A DNA stretch of 64,000 nt from an uncultured Actinomycetes bacterium (GCA_903873185.1 CAIQNN010000036.1:3639-67638), one strand, 5' to 3'. Counted from the first letter of the stretch, positions 31,310 to 41,302 are shown. Notes: generated by a model from the sequence alone, not told the origin. Numbers and translations: made by a program.

Positions 31310-32136
31310 TATTGTTTGGCTCGCTCCTGGGCAATCCAGTACATAACTACGGCAGTTGCAACACTGGCATTAAGTGATTCAACGGTGGACTCCATTGGAA
31401 TTGAAAGTACCAAGTCGCACTTTTCGCGAGCAAGGCGCGAAATTCCCTTACCTTCAGAGCCAACAATTAAGTAAACCGACTCGTTAGCCAATGAGAATGC
31501 GGCAAGTGATTCATCGCCTTCCGCATCTAGACCGACCACGAAGAAGCCAGCTTTCTTTGCATCTTCGATAGAGCGAACCATGTTGGTGACCTGCGAAATT
31601 GGCAATCGTGCTGCAGCACCTGCCGAAGATTTCCATGCCGAACCAGTCATTGAAGAGCTGCGACGTTCTGGAATAACCACACCATCGGCACCAAACGCCG
31701 CGGCACTTCGAACGATTGCACCTAAGTTATGTGGATCGGTGACGCCATCCAAGCCAATGATTAACGCTGGTTTTTTGGCATTTGAAATCAAATCGGTAAA
31801 AGGCTTGTATTGAAATGGCTTGATAACCAATGCAATACCTTGGTGCATGGTGGTACCAGTAAGTCCATCAATAACCCCGCGCGAAACTTCTTTGATGATC
31901 AAGTTCTGATTCTTGGCCAACCGAATTGCCTCAGCCATGCGCTCATCAATTTCAACTCGTTCGGCAATAACCAATTCCTTTGCCGGAATTTTGGCGCGAA
32001 GTGCCTCAACGACGCTATTGCGACCGGCAACAGCATCGGCATTGGGCCTTGTTTCTAGTCTGGTGGCGGGACGGCGATTGGAAGTGCGCTTTGGCGCTGC
32101 TTCGGCTTCGCGACGTTTTCTACCGGGACGCATCAA
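31309..32136 (-). CDS. rlmB: SpoU/TrmH-family 23S rRNA 2'-O-methyltransferase (RlmB-like)
   Basis: 275 aa. Basic N-terminal tail, SpoU substrate-binding domain and methylase motifs (LDGVTDPHNLGAIVRSA, GSEGKGISR). Follows cysS, as in mycobacteria. Confidence 0.85.
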   Translation of the reverse strand: MMRPGRKRREAEAAPKRTSNRRPATRLETRPNADAVAGRNSVVEALRAKIPAKELVIAERVEIDERMAEAIRLAKNQNLIIKEVSRGVIDGLTGTTMHQGIALVIKPFQYKPFTDLISNAKKPALIIGLDGVTDPHNLGAIVRSAAAFGADGVVIPERRSSSMTGSAWKSSAGAAARLPISQVTNMVRSIEDAKKAGFFVVGLDAEGDESLAAFSLANESVYLIVGSEGKGISRLAREKCDLVLSIPMESTVESLNASVATAVVMYWIAQERAKQ

Positions 32137-33518
32137 CGTACCAATGTCCAGCGAGGGCCTGAGGGCGTATCTTCAATGAGTATTCCTAACTCTAAAATCT
32201 GATCGCGAATTGCGTCAGCTGCGGCAAAGTCTTTTCGGGCACGTGCTGCTTCTCGTTGGGCAAGTGCCAAACTAACCAAACCATCCATCGCTGAATGTGA
32301 AGAAGATTCATCTACCGCAAAGGCGGGATCAAATGGGTCGCAACCCAATATTTGAAGGGCGCCGCGAATTTGAGCGGCGGTGCTGGCAATCATGGCCAAG
32401 TCATTGGCGGTTACTGCAGTATTTCCTTGGCGAAGAAGTTCGGAAATTTCTGCCAGACCCGCAGGAACAGCAAGGTCATCATTCATCGCAGCAGCAAAGG
32501 CTGGAGAAATATCAGAACCTGGTTGCGCTCCTAAAAGTTCTTCGGCGCGAAATAGAAAGCCCTCAATACGACGAAAGTTAACTACGGTTTCTTCGAGCGC
32601 TTCAAAAGAAAATTCCATCATTGAGCGATAGTGCGCACTACCCAGATACCAACGAAGTTCGATGCCTCTGACCTTTTGAACAATTTCTGAAACTAGCAAT
32701 GAATTACCCAAAGACTTGCTCATCTTTTCACCAGAGGCGGTGACCCAAGCATTGTGCATCCAAACCTTTGCAAATCCCCAACCGGCAGATTGGGACTGCG
32801 CAATTTCATTTTCGTGATGCGGGAAAATCAAATCGAGACCGCCACCATGAATATCAAATTCTGCACCTAGGTATGCGTGGGCCATGGCGGAACATTCGAG
32901 GTGCCAACCAGGTCGACCAGGGCCCCAAGGCGTTGGCCAGGATGGATCTCCGGGCTTGGCGCCTTTCCAGAGCGCGAAGTCGCGGGGATCTTTCTTGAAA
33001 GTTTCTTCGGAATCGTCAGCTGATTGGAGATCATCCAATTTCTGATTTGAAAGCGTTAAATAGGATTTAAGCGAGCGCACTGATAGATAGACATCGCCGT
33101 TACCAGGCGCATATGCCGAGCCGTTATCAATCAAAATCTGCATGAGTTCGACCATTTGGGTGATGTGACCAGTAGCGCGCGGTTCATAAGTCGGGGACAA
33201 GACATTTAGCCGTTGATACGCCCAAGTGAATGCTTGCTCATACTTCATTGCAACTGCCCACCACGGAATATTTTCGTGAACTGCTTTATGCAAAATCTTG
33301 TCATCAATATCAGTCACGTTACGAATGAAAGTTACATCAAAGCCTTCATGCGTTAACCAGCGGCGCAAAATATCGAAGTTAACACCGCTGCGAATATGGC
33401 CAATATGTGGCGCTCCTTGAACAGTTGCACCGCAAAGATAAATGCTGGCTTTGCCGGGAAGCAGCGGAACGAATTCGGAGACTTCGCGAGTTAAAGTGTT
33501 ATAAAGATTTATTGTCAT
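32133..33518 (-). CDS. cysS: Cysteine--tRNA ligase
   Basis: 461 aa. HIGH motif (APHIGHIRSG), KMSKS present, Zn ligand context HLECSAM. Confidence 0.95.
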   Translation of the reverse strand: MTINLYNTLTREVSEFVPLLPGKASIYLCGATVQGAPHIGHIRSGVNFDILRRWLTHEGFDVTFIRNVTDIDDKILHKAVHENIPWWAVAMKYEQAFTWAYQRLNVLSPTYEPRATGHITQMVELMQILIDNGSAYAPGNGDVYLSVRSLKSYLTLSNQKLDDLQSADDSEETFKKDPRDFALWKGAKPGDPSWPTPWGPGRPGWHLECSAMAHAYLGAEFDIHGGGLDLIFPHHENEIAQSQSAGWGFAKVWMHNAWVTASGEKMSKSLGNSLLVSEIVQKVRGIELRWYLGSAHYRSMMEFSFEALEETVVNFRRIEGFLFRAEELLGAQPGSDISPAFAAAMNDDLAVPAGLAEISELLRQGNTAVTANDLAMIASTAAQIRGALQILGCDPFDPAFAVDESSSHSAMDGLVSLALAQREAARARKDFAAADAIRDQILELGILIEDTPSGPRWTLVR

Positions 33519-33991
33519 AACTTGGTCACCAATGCGCTGGCCATCACGAAAATTCCTTCGCCGCGTCCAGTAAAACCAAGACCATCAGTTGTCGTTGCTG
33601 CAATCGAAACGGGCGCACCCAGCGCTTCGGTAAGAATGGCTTGTGCTTCAGCTCGCCGCGGTCCAATTTTTGGTTCCACTCCAACGATCTGCAGCGCAAC
33701 GTTATTAATTGAAAAATTATTTTCGGCAACAAATTTTCGCAAGTGCTCCAGCATCTTTACACCTGATGCGCCGGCCCATTCCGGCCGATCAACCCCAAAG
33801 AGCTCACCGATATCGCCCAACTGGCAGGCAGATAGGACGGCATCACAGAGCGCATGGACTGCAGCGTCGCCATCGGAATGTCCGACCAAGACCCTAGCTT
33901 CTGGCCAAATTAGGCCAGCCAGATGGCAGGGCCCGCTCTGCCCGTATTGGTGGGCATCAATTCCGACGCCAGTTCGATGGTTATCGATCAA
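33515..33991 (-). CDS. ispF: 2-C-methyl-D-erythritol 2,4-cyclodiphosphate synthase
   Basis: 158 aa. GVGIDAHQY and GHSDGDAAVHAL. The TTG start (33991..33989) overlaps the ptsH stop (TTGA). Confidence 0.92.
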   Translation of the reverse strand: MIDNHRTGVGIDAHQYGQSGPCHLAGLIWPEARVLVGHSDGDAAVHALCDAVLSACQLGDIGELFGVDRPEWAGASGVKMLEHLRKFVAENNFSINNVALQIVGVEPKIGPRRAEAQAILTEALGAPVSIAATTTDGLGFTGRGEGIFVMASALVTKL

Positions 33992-34266
33992 TGATCAACG
34001 CTTTCCACGATTACTTTGAGCGCAGCGGCAACTGAATCTTCTTCTGGACCGTCTACTTGAACGACGATCTGGTCGCCGAACTTAACTCCAAGGGTCATCA
34101 CGCGCAGCACGCTGGCGCCATCGACCGCGGCGGATAGCTCCCCGCTCTCAGAAACCTTAGCCAAACTCACCTTGCAGCCTGAGCTTTTGGCGCTGGCAGC
34201 AAAAAGAGCGGCTGGGCGCGCATGGAGTCCTACGGCGGCGGCAACGGCAGTTCGAAATTCTTTCAT
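33988..34266 (-). CDS. ptsH: Phosphocarrier protein HPr
   Basis: 92 aa. Active-site His context VGLHARPAA. Confidence 0.88.
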   Translation of the reverse strand: MKEFRTAVAAAVGLHARPAALFAASAKSSGCKVSLAKVSESGELSAAVDGASVLRVMTLGVKFGDQIVVQVDGPEEDSVAAALKVIVESVDH

Positions 34267-34347
34267 GGGTAAATCGTATCTGTAACGAAAGTAGTGTTTA
34301 ATGTGAACATCTATTCAAGCACTTGCACGAATGTGAAAGTAGGGAAA

Positions 34348-35349
34348 ATGGTCGCACAGTCCTTATTGATGGGTCATCCGCTCTCTTCGCCGGATCATGC
34401 CCGCCATGCCTTGCTATATATGTATCGTATTCGCAAATTCGAAGAAGCAGTAGAAGATCTATTCGGACGCGGCATGATGCACGGCACAATGCATTTATCG
34501 ATTGGGCAAGAAGCAGGTCCTACTGGAATGTGTTTGGCACTTCGTTTGGAAGATCAAATTACCTCCACCCACCGCGGACATGGCCATTGCATTGCAAAAG
34601 GCGCTGACCTAACGCGAATGATGGCGGAATTATTGGGAAAGAAGATCGGTTATTGCGGTGGCCGTGGCGGCTCAATGCACATTGCCGACGCTGAAACCGG
34701 AAACCTGGGTGCTAATGGGGTGGTTGGTGGCGGTATCCCAATCGCGGTTGGCGCAGCGCTAGCTTCAAAAATGCAACATAAGGGCACAGTGGCGGTCTCC
34801 TTCTTTGGCGATGGCGCTATGAATGAAGGTGCCTTCCATGAAGCTGCGAACTTGGCTGCCATTTGGAAACTGCCCGTAATTCTCTTTTGCGAAAATAATC
34901 ATTACGGAATGAGCTCTTCGACCGAAAAGGCATTTGCAATTGATCGCTTGGCTGATCGTGGCCTCGGCTACGGAATTCCTGGTGTCACCGTGGATGGCAA
35001 TGACGTCGTTGCCGTTTATGAAGCCTCTGAAGCTGCAGTTGCCCGCGCACGAAATGGCGAGGGTCCAACTTTGATTGAAGCAATTACTTATCGTTGGAAG
35101 GGACATTCGCGCTCGGATAAGAATTTGTATCGATCTAAGGAAGAGATTGACGAATGGAAAGATTTAGATCCAATCCCGAAATTCATTCATCGCGTTCTGG
35201 AAGCGAATCTTTTGCGTCAGGATGAAATTGATGCAATCCAAAAGCAAGCGACCGATCAGATTATTGAAGCGGTTAACAATGCTGCCGCAGCTGAGTCGGC
35301 CGAACCTTCGGGATTGCTCGAGGCAGTATTTAAGGCGGTAAGCGCATGA
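34348..35349 (+). CDS. acoA: TPP-dependent acetoin-dehydrogenase-type E1 alpha subunit
   Basis: Start set at ATG 34348; the track's GTG at 34294 is less likely. AcoA-type motifs [22 protein letters not shown] and the TPP motif [19 protein letters not shown]. Confidence 0.85.
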   Translation: MVAQSLLMGHPLSSPDHARHALLYMYRIRKFEEAVEDLFGRGMMHGTMHLSIGQEAGPTGMCLALRLEDQITSTHRGHGHCIAKGADLTRMMAELLGKKIGYCGGRGGSMHIADAETGNLGANGVVGGGIPIAVGAALASKMQHKGTVAVSFFGDGAMNEGAFHEAANLAAIWKLPVILFCENNHYGMSSSTEKAFAIDRLADRGLGYGIPGVTVDGNDVVAVYEASEAAVARARNGEGPTLIEAITYRWKGHSRSDKNLYRSKEEIDEWKDLDPIPKFIHRVLEANLLRQDEIDAIQKQATDQIIEAVNNAAAAESAEPSGLLEAVFKAVSA

Positions 35350-36344
35350 GCGATCGTATGTTGACCATGGCCGAAGCTCTGCGCGAAGCAATGGGTATCG
35401 CGATGGAGGAACGACCAGAAGTGTTCATCCTTGGCGAAGATATTGGAATTTACGGCGGCGCATTTGGCGTTACCGGCGATCTTTACCATCGCTTCTCGCC
35501 GCTTCGGGTACTAGATACCCCAATTTCAGAATTAGGAATTGTTGGTGCTGCTGTTGGCGCAGCGCTCTCAGGTATGCGTCCCATAGTCGAAATTCAGTTC
35601 TCGGACTTCACGGCACAGGCAATGGATCAGATTGCAAACCAAGCCGCGAAGATTCACTTCATGCTTGGCGGGGCGTTGCATGTTCCCCTAGTTCTTCGCA
35701 CCCCACAAGGTTCCGGAACTGGCGCTGCTGCTCAACATTCGCAAAACTTAGAAACTTGGTTTGCCAACGTTCCTGGGTTAAAAGTGGTTGTTCCATCTAA
35801 CCCGGCTGATGCAAAGGGACTGCTTCTCTCTGCGATTGATGATCCGAATCCGGTTATCTTCCTGGAACACAAATTGCTCTACAAGATTCCTGGTCGTGAT
35901 CCAGTTCCGGAAGGCGCCATCCGAATTCCGCTCGGAGTTTCCAAAGTTGTTCGCACCGGAAAAGATCTCACTTTGGTTGCAACCGGAATTATGGTTAACA
36001 AGGCTTTCGAAGTTACCGAAAAGTTGGAAGCAGAAGGAATTTCAATCACGTTGATTGATCCGCGAACGATTTCGCCTTTGGATATGTCACCGATTCTTGA
36101 GTCGGTCGAAAAGACTGGTCGCCTTCTTGTAGTTCAAGAGGGTCCATCTCATGGTGGCTTCATCAACGAGGTCATTGCCCGCGTAAGCGAGAGTTCCAGT
36201 TTTGGTTCCCTCATTGCCCCAATAAAACGACTAGCGGGGATGAACATTCCAATTCCATATGCGCCACAACTAGAGAAGGCCGCCGTTCCGCAGGTAGCAG
36301 ATATTGAAGTTGCGGCCCGCAATCTAGTTAAGGAATGGCGATGA
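35346..36344 (+). CDS. acoB: Acetoin-dehydrogenase-type E1 beta subunit
   Basis: 332 aa with an ATGA overlap onto E1 alpha. Transketolase-like pyrimidine-binding and C-terminal domains ([16 protein letters not shown]). Confidence 0.85.
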   Translation: MSDRMLTMAEALREAMGIAMEERPEVFILGEDIGIYGGAFGVTGDLYHRFSPLRVLDTPISELGIVGAAVGAALSGMRPIVEIQFSDFTAQAMDQIANQAAKIHFMLGGALHVPLVLRTPQGSGTGAAAQHSQNLETWFANVPGLKVVVPSNPADAKGLLLSAIDDPNPVIFLEHKLLYKIPGRDPVPEGAIRIPLGVSKVVRTGKDLTLVATGIMVNKAFEVTEKLEAEGISITLIDPRTISPLDMSPILESVEKTGRLLVVQEGPSHGGFINEVIARVSESSSFGSLIAPIKRLAGMNIPIPYAPQLEKAAVPQVADIEVAARNLVKEWR

Positions 36345-37429
36345 GTTTCCGCTATCCAGTAGTCATGCCGAAGATGAGCATGACTATGGAGACCGGGGAA
36401 CTAATTCTCTATCACGTTAAACCTGGCGACCGGGTTAGCTCCGGCGATGTGCTCTTTGAAGTTATGACTGACAAGATCGATATGGAGGTTGAGGCTCCGA
36501 CTGATGGCGTCATCGAACAATTAATCGGGGAGATCGGCATCGATATTCCAATCGGTACCCCGGTTTTAATTATGCAGACTGATACCGAAGTCATGGCTTT
36601 TGATTTTGGCGGCGAAGCGCCAACCATCCCGGCTCCACCAGAGGCGATCGTGGAACCAGTTGTTCTTCCAGAGCCCGTAATAGTTCCAGAGCCAGTTGTT
36701 GTTCCCGAACCCGTAATAGTTCCAGAGCCAGTTCGAGCTGAAGTCGGCGTCAAAGCGGTACCAAAGGCTCGTATTGTGGCCGCCCAGAAGGGGATCGACC
36801 TGCAATCGGTTGTAGCGACCGGTCCAGATAACACCATTATGTTGGCTGATGTAACACAAATCCGACCATCGGATGAAATTCAGCGGCGCCAGAGCGCAAA
36901 TAAAGCGCTGATTGCAAAAGGCTTGGAAATGACGCGGTTAATTCCTCAAAGTTCGTTCTCGCGTACTGTCTCCACTTCGGTCGATACCGCAGCTTTGCTT
37001 GCCGCATGGGCAAGTGTCTTGCGTTCGCGCCCCGAGCTAAATATTTCTCCTAAAGATGGCAGCGAACTTTCCTTCGTGGGTGTAGCCGTAATTATCGAAT
37101 CAAAATATGGGAGCGCGCTGCCCGTATTTAAGGATCCGGATTTACTTGGCGCCCTTGAACTTTCGGAATTGGTTTCAACTACAACCAGCGCAGCTGAAAA
37201 TGGAAAAGTTCCACTTTCCATGTTGAGCGGCGCGACCACGATAGTCTTTGATCTGCGTCGCTATCACATGAGCGCCACCACGCCACTTCTATTCCCAAAT
37301 CAGCTGACCTCGATAACTGTTGGCGAAAATATTGATGGCACGCAAATCATTTCGCTGACAATTGATCTGCGTTATTGTGACTTTTATGATGGCGCACTTT
37401 TGCTCGACCACCTTATTTCCGTACTCTAA
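36341..37429 (+). CDS. Lipoyl-domain E2-like protein with a degenerate acyltransferase domain
   Basis: Lipoyl-Lys motif [12 protein letters not shown], a PEPV-repeat linker and a PSBD-like segment [16 protein letters not shown]. The C-terminal domain is short, and the canonical DHRxxDG reads [10 protein letters not shown] (His to Leu). ATG 36341 gives an ATGA overlap; ATG 36335 is the alternative. Confidence 0.75.
   Translation: MSFRYPVVMPKMSMTMETGELILYHVKPGDRVSSGDVLFEVMTDKIDMEVEAPTDGVIEQLIGEIGIDIPIGTPVLIMQTDTEVMAFDFGGEAPTIPAPPEAIVEPVVLPEPVIVPEPVVVPEPVIVPEPVRAEVGVKAVPKARIVAAQKGIDLQSVVATGPDNTIMLADVTQIRPSDEIQRRQSANKALIAKGLEMTRLIPQSSFSRTVSTSVDTAALLAAWASVLRSRPELNISPKDGSELSFVGVAVIIESKYGSALPVFKDPDLLGALELSELVSTTTSAAENGKVPLSMLSGATTIVFDLRRYHMSATTPLLFPNQLTSITVGENIDGTQIISLTIDLRYCDFYDGALLLDHLISVL
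36668..36739 (+). repeat. Imperfect 2 x 36 nt tandem repeat in the E2 linker ([12 protein letters not shown] / [12 protein letters not shown])
   Basis: ccagagcccgtaatagttccagagccagttgttgtt followed by cccgaacccgtaatagttccagagccagttcgagct. Confidence 0.85.
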
Positions 37430-37444
37430 CGAAAAGAGATTTGC

Positions 37445-39139
37445 GTGATCGCTCTTAATGGTGTTGCCGCAAGCTCTGGTGCGGCGCTGGGACAATTCTT
37501 TCTGCTGACCACTGAAATACCAGCAACCTCCCCTGCACCATCATCGCTAACTCCTGACGAAGAAAAACGATCTCTGACTGCCGCTATTGAATATGTCGGC
37601 GCCGATCTATCCGAGCGAGCAGAGCGTTCAACTGGCGAACTTCGCGACATTTTGTTAGCGGTCAGCGAAATTGCAACTGACCCAGCGCTGATCGAAGAAG
37701 CTCACACTTTTATCGATCAAGGCCACACCGCCAGTTTTTCGATCTCGCAGGCAACCAATATCTTCAAAGAACTCTTGGAATCATCCGGTGGTTATCTGGC
37801 CGAGCGTGTAAGCGACGTCGCCAATATCTGCGATCGCATTCTCTGCCGAATCGCGGGCGTGGAGTATCCAGAAATTCCTCACTTCCAACAGCCAACCATC
37901 TTGATCGCTCGTGATCTCTCGCCAGCCGACACCACTGATCTGCAATCAGAACAGATCCTGGCAATAGTCACAGAGGGCGGTGGACCAACGAGCCATACTG
38001 CGATTATCGCCAGATCTCGCAGCATTCCGGCAGTTGTTGCTTGCCCTGGAATCGTGGAATATGCCAAATCCCATTACGGGCAACTGCTCGCAGTCGAAGC
38101 GACAACGGGCGAAGTTATCTTCGATCCACCAACTGAAATTCAAAGTCGAATCATCGCCAAGATCGAGCGAATTCGAAAACGAAAAGAGCAACTGGTCACC
38201 CGCACTCCCTTTGGCTACCAAACGGTCGATGGCCGGACAATCCCGATCTATGCAAATATCGGTCGAGTTGCAGATACCAAAGTTGCAATTGAAGCGGGCG
38301 CTGATGGTGTTGGGCTGCTTCGAACCGAACTTCTATATTTGGATCGCGCGACCGCGCCTTCACTCGATGAACAAATTGAAATTTATACCCAACTCTTCCA
38401 ACCATTCGCAAGCCAAAAAGTTGTGATTCGAACTCTGGATGCCGGCGCTGATAAGCCAATGGCATTTATCAATTTCGATGATGAACCAAACCCAGCACTT
38501 GGAGTTCGCGGCTACCGAACCATCCACGAGCACGAAGATCTCATGCGCGTTCAGCTTCAAGCAATTGCGACCGCAATCAAAAATACTGGAACCGATGTAT
38601 GGGTGATGGCCCCCATGATCACGCTTCCAGAAGAGGCCCAAAATTTTGTTGACCTTGCACGAAGCTTCGGAATCAAAACTGTCGGCGTAATGATTGAAGT
38701 GCCTGCGGCGATTTTTCACGCCGATGAGATAACTAAAATCTGCGATTTTGTTTCGATTGGCACCAATGATTTAGGACAGTATCTCCACGCCGCTGATCGC
38801 GAGTCAGCACCACTGGCAGGATTTAACGATCCATGGCAACCGGCATTGCTCCGAGCCGTTCATTTGGTAGCCCAAGCCGGACTTCGCAACAACTGTCCAG
38901 TCGGTGTGTGTGGCGAAGCCGCTTCAGATGCCGCGCTTGCAGCCGTTCTGGTGGGACTTGGAGTCTCCAGCCTCTCATGCAGCGTTTCGACCTTACGCGA
39001 CGTGGCAGCTGGCGTAACGGCCTTAAGTTTTTCCGATCTTCAATTGGCGGCGGTCGCTGCGCTTGGTGCGCCCACTTCGCAAACTGCTAAAAATTTGGCG
39101 AGGGAGCATCTTCTTGCCCTCGAAGAGTTAGGTTTATAA
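37445..39139 (+). CDS. ptsI: PTS enzyme I (PEP-protein phosphotransferase)
   Basis: 564 aa with a GTG start 15 nt after the E2-like stop. Phospho-His motif GGPTSHTAIIARS and PEP-utilizer motif SIGTNDLGQY. Confidence 0.92.
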   Translation: MIALNGVAASSGAALGQFFLLTTEIPATSPAPSSLTPDEEKRSLTAAIEYVGADLSERAERSTGELRDILLAVSEIATDPALIEEAHTFIDQGHTASFSISQATNIFKELLESSGGYLAERVSDVANICDRILCRIAGVEYPEIPHFQQPTILIARDLSPADTTDLQSEQILAIVTEGGGPTSHTAIIARSRSIPAVVACPGIVEYAKSHYGQLLAVEATTGEVIFDPPTEIQSRIIAKIERIRKRKEQLVTRTPFGYQTVDGRTIPIYANIGRVADTKVAIEAGADGVGLLRTELLYLDRATAPSLDEQIEIYTQLFQPFASQKVVIRTLDAGADKPMAFINFDDEPNPALGVRGYRTIHEHEDLMRVQLQAIATAIKNTGTDVWVMAPMITLPEEAQNFVDLARSFGIKTVGVMIEVPAAIFHADEITKICDFVSIGTNDLGQYLHAADRESAPLAGFNDPWQPALLRAVHLVAQAGLRNNCPVGVCGEAASDAALAAVLVGLGVSSLSCSVSTLRDVAAGVTALSFSDLQLAAVAALGAPTSQTAKNLAREHLLALEELGL

Positions 39140-39254
39140 GAAGTTACTAATCGGTATCTAATTCTTAAGATTTTTCTCAAATAGTGGCGAAATATCCTTG
39201 AAACAATATGTTGCTTGCACCACACTTAGCGAAATGTTCAATGACTGAACGGAT

Positions 39255-40229
39255 GTGACGATTTTGAAGCAACGCGAAACGGAGCTCATCCTTCGCGCTG
39301 CCAGGCTCTATTACGAGGAGCATCAATCGCAAGACCAAGTCGCCTCCCTCATGGGAACCTCGAGATCGAACATTTCCCGCATGCTCTCCGATGCCAAGCG
39401 CCTGGGATACGTTGAAATTCGAGTCGTAGCCCCTATTACCCGCAACGAGGCGCTTTCATCGCAACTTCAGAATCTCCTGGGAGTCAAAGAGGTCCAGGTA
39501 ATAACCACGGATAAGAACGAACTTACCTTCAGCGCCGTCGGCCGCGCCGCAGCCACGACGCTCGTTAATAGCCTTAGTAACAATCAAACCATCGCGATCT
39601 CATGGGGCCGAGGTCTAGAAGCCACTGTCATAAATGTACGCAATGAAAGCTTTTCCGGCTTAAAGGTGACGCAGCTGATGGGCTCCCTCTCTTCGGTCAC
39701 CACCTCGGCCAGCGCCGAGGAAGTCGGTCGCAGGCTTGCTAAGAATCTCAATGCTCAGTTCATTCCTTTCCTGGCACCCGTCGTTGTCAGCAACTCCAAG
39801 ACCCGAGATTCCATGCTCGAAGAAGAGAGCATCGCAAAAACCCTAAAAATTGCCCGCAGTGCCGATATCGCACTTATCGGAATCGGATCTCGGACTTCTT
39901 CCTCTTCCGAAATGGTCTTTAGTGAATTTAAATTATCTAAGGCCGAAAAAGATGCGATCTATGACCGCTACGCCGGCGATGTAGCTGCCCGTTTTTACGA
40001 CATCAAGGGCCAAGCCCTAAATTCTAAAATGGATAAATGCGTACTTGGCTTAACGCTTGAAGAGATGTCGGCAATTCCAAAGGTGATCGCAGTTGCTTCT
40101 GGTGGCGAGAAAGTTCAAGGTGTAATCGGCGCAGCTCGTTCGGGAATGATCGATACGTTGATTGTTGACCTGGTCTGCGCAAATTCCATCATCAAATCCC
40201 TAGCCCCATCGGCGGTGAAGAGCGCGTGA
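39255..40229 (+). CDS. SorC/DeoR-type sugar-binding transcriptional regulator
   Basis: 324 aa. N-terminal HTH (QSQDQVASLMGTSRSNISRMLSDAKRLG) and a SorC-type sugar-phosphate-binding domain. Confidence 0.85.
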   Translation: MTILKQRETELILRAARLYYEEHQSQDQVASLMGTSRSNISRMLSDAKRLGYVEIRVVAPITRNEALSSQLQNLLGVKEVQVITTDKNELTFSAVGRAAATTLVNSLSNNQTIAISWGRGLEATVINVRNESFSGLKVTQLMGSLSSVTTSASAEEVGRRLAKNLNAQFIPFLAPVVVSNSKTRDSMLEEESIAKTLKIARSADIALIGIGSRTSSSSEMVFSEFKLSKAEKDAIYDRYAGDVAARFYDIKGQALNSKMDKCVLGLTLEEMSAIPKVIAVASGGEKVQGVIGAARSGMIDTLIVDLVCANSIIKSLAPSAVKSA

Positions 40230-40627
40230 CTTACTTAACCAAACTCCTTTTAGTTATCGCTGCAATGTGGGCATCGCAATTAGCGCTGGCTTACTTGCAA
40301 GCAAAGAAATTCCAAGCTGATCTCAGGTCGCTAAGACAATACGGAACCGTCGCCATTGGTATGGGTGGACGGCGTTATCGCGGTGGGCGGGCATTCGTTG
40401 CTCTGGCTGCCGATGAAAATGGCATGATCGTGACGGGATTGGTCCTTCGTGGGCTAACCGTTTTCGCGAAATCAAAGCCGCTCAATACCTACAACGGATT
40501 CTCACTGACCGACATAATCTCGGGTACCCGAGTTGTACTGGGTGAACCAAAGAAAGTGCAAGAGGCCACACAAATGGCAGCTCAGCACATTCAGGATCAT
40601 CTAGCACGGGTCGAGCAGGGAGAGTAA
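40226..40627 (+). CDS. gutM: Glucitol operon activator GutM-family protein
   Basis: 133 aa. One N-terminal TM, then ...LAYLQAKKFQ...GTVAIGMGG...RAFVALAADENG...GLTVFAK, matching the GutM family pattern. GTGA overlap with the SorC gene. Confidence 0.75.
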   Translation: MTYLTKLLLVIAAMWASQLALAYLQAKKFQADLRSLRQYGTVAIGMGGRRYRGGRAFVALAADENGMIVTGLVLRGLTVFAKSKPLNTYNGFSLTDIISGTRVVLGEPKKVQEATQMAAQHIQDHLARVEQGE

Positions 40628-40655
40628 TGATCGAGAAATTCCAGATGGATCGATC

Positions 40656-40671
40656 ATTGATGTACATCAAT
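40656..40671. promoter_or_regulatory. Perfect 16-bp palindrome ATTGATGTACATCAAT (candidate operator)
   Basis: Lies in the 73-nt gap between gutM and srlA, 30 nt upstream of the AGGAGG-GTG start of srlA. Confidence 0.35.
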
Positions 40672-40700
40672 CATGTCTTAACTTACTTAGGAGGTGTCTA

Positions 40701-41300
40701 GTGTTCCTGCATCAACTGATCACGCTATCAGCTGTAACAGTGGACAAACCAACGGGTGTTCTTGGCGCGTTGGCAACTGGCGCTGAAGACTTCATCAAGG
40801 TCTTCAACAAAGGTGGAACGGTTCTTCTCAGTCTTATGGGTGGAATCCTTCCAACGTTGATCGTTCTTCTGACTGCAGTAAATGCACTCGTAAGAATTAT
40901 CGGCGCAGAACGAATCGAAAATCTAGGCAAGGCTGCATCACGTCCTGGTCTCCAGTGGTATCCAGTTCGTTACATCATCCTTCCTTTTGTTGCCGTATTC
41001 GTTCTAACAAACCCAATGGCATACACAATGGGTCGCTTCCTTCCAGAACGCTTCAAGCCTGCGTTCTACGACTCCGCAGTTTCGTTTGTGCACCCAATCC
41101 TGGGAATTTTCCCACACGCTAACCCAGGTGAACTTTTCGTATACCTCGGTATCGCAACAGGTATCAAGGAACTCGGCTTCGGCTTGGGTGACTTGGCTAT
41201 CCGTTACCTACTTGTAGGTCTTGTTGTCATCTTCATCCGCGGAATCGTTACTGAACGAATCACCGCGCGAATGATGGCTAAAGCCGAAAGGAGTGCATAA
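40701..41300 (+). CDS. srlA: PTS glucitol/sorbitol-family EIIC component (SrlA-like)
   Basis: 199 aa. Collinear with E. coli SrlA as I recall it (FNKGG..., GRFLPERFKPAFYD, FPHANPGELFVYLGIA). Confidence 0.88.
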   Translation: MFLHQLITLSAVTVDKPTGVLGALATGAEDFIKVFNKGGTVLLSLMGGILPTLIVLLTAVNALVRIIGAERIENLGKAASRPGLQWYPVRYIILPFVAVFVLTNPMAYTMGRFLPERFKPAFYDSAVSFVHPILGIFPHANPGELFVYLGIATGIKELGFGLGDLAIRYLLVGLVVIFIRGIVTERITARMMAKAERSA

Positions 41301-41302
41301 CC

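Noticed and set aside
33522-34019. 165-aa plus-strand ORF over ispF
   Set aside because: It is antisense to ispF, which has clear family motifs. The composition is Pro/Ala/Ser/Arg-rich with no motifs.
36412-36859. Minus-strand ORFs (141 and 97 aa) opposite the E2-like linker, with GSGT repeats
   Set aside because: The repetitive translation merely mirrors the PEPV linker repeat on the coding strand.
40656-40671. Interpreting the 16-bp palindrome as a catabolite-responsive element (cre)
   Set aside because: The core TGATGTACATCA lacks the central CG and the TGNAANCGNTNNCA pattern of cre. CcpA-type control is also not expected in this phylum.
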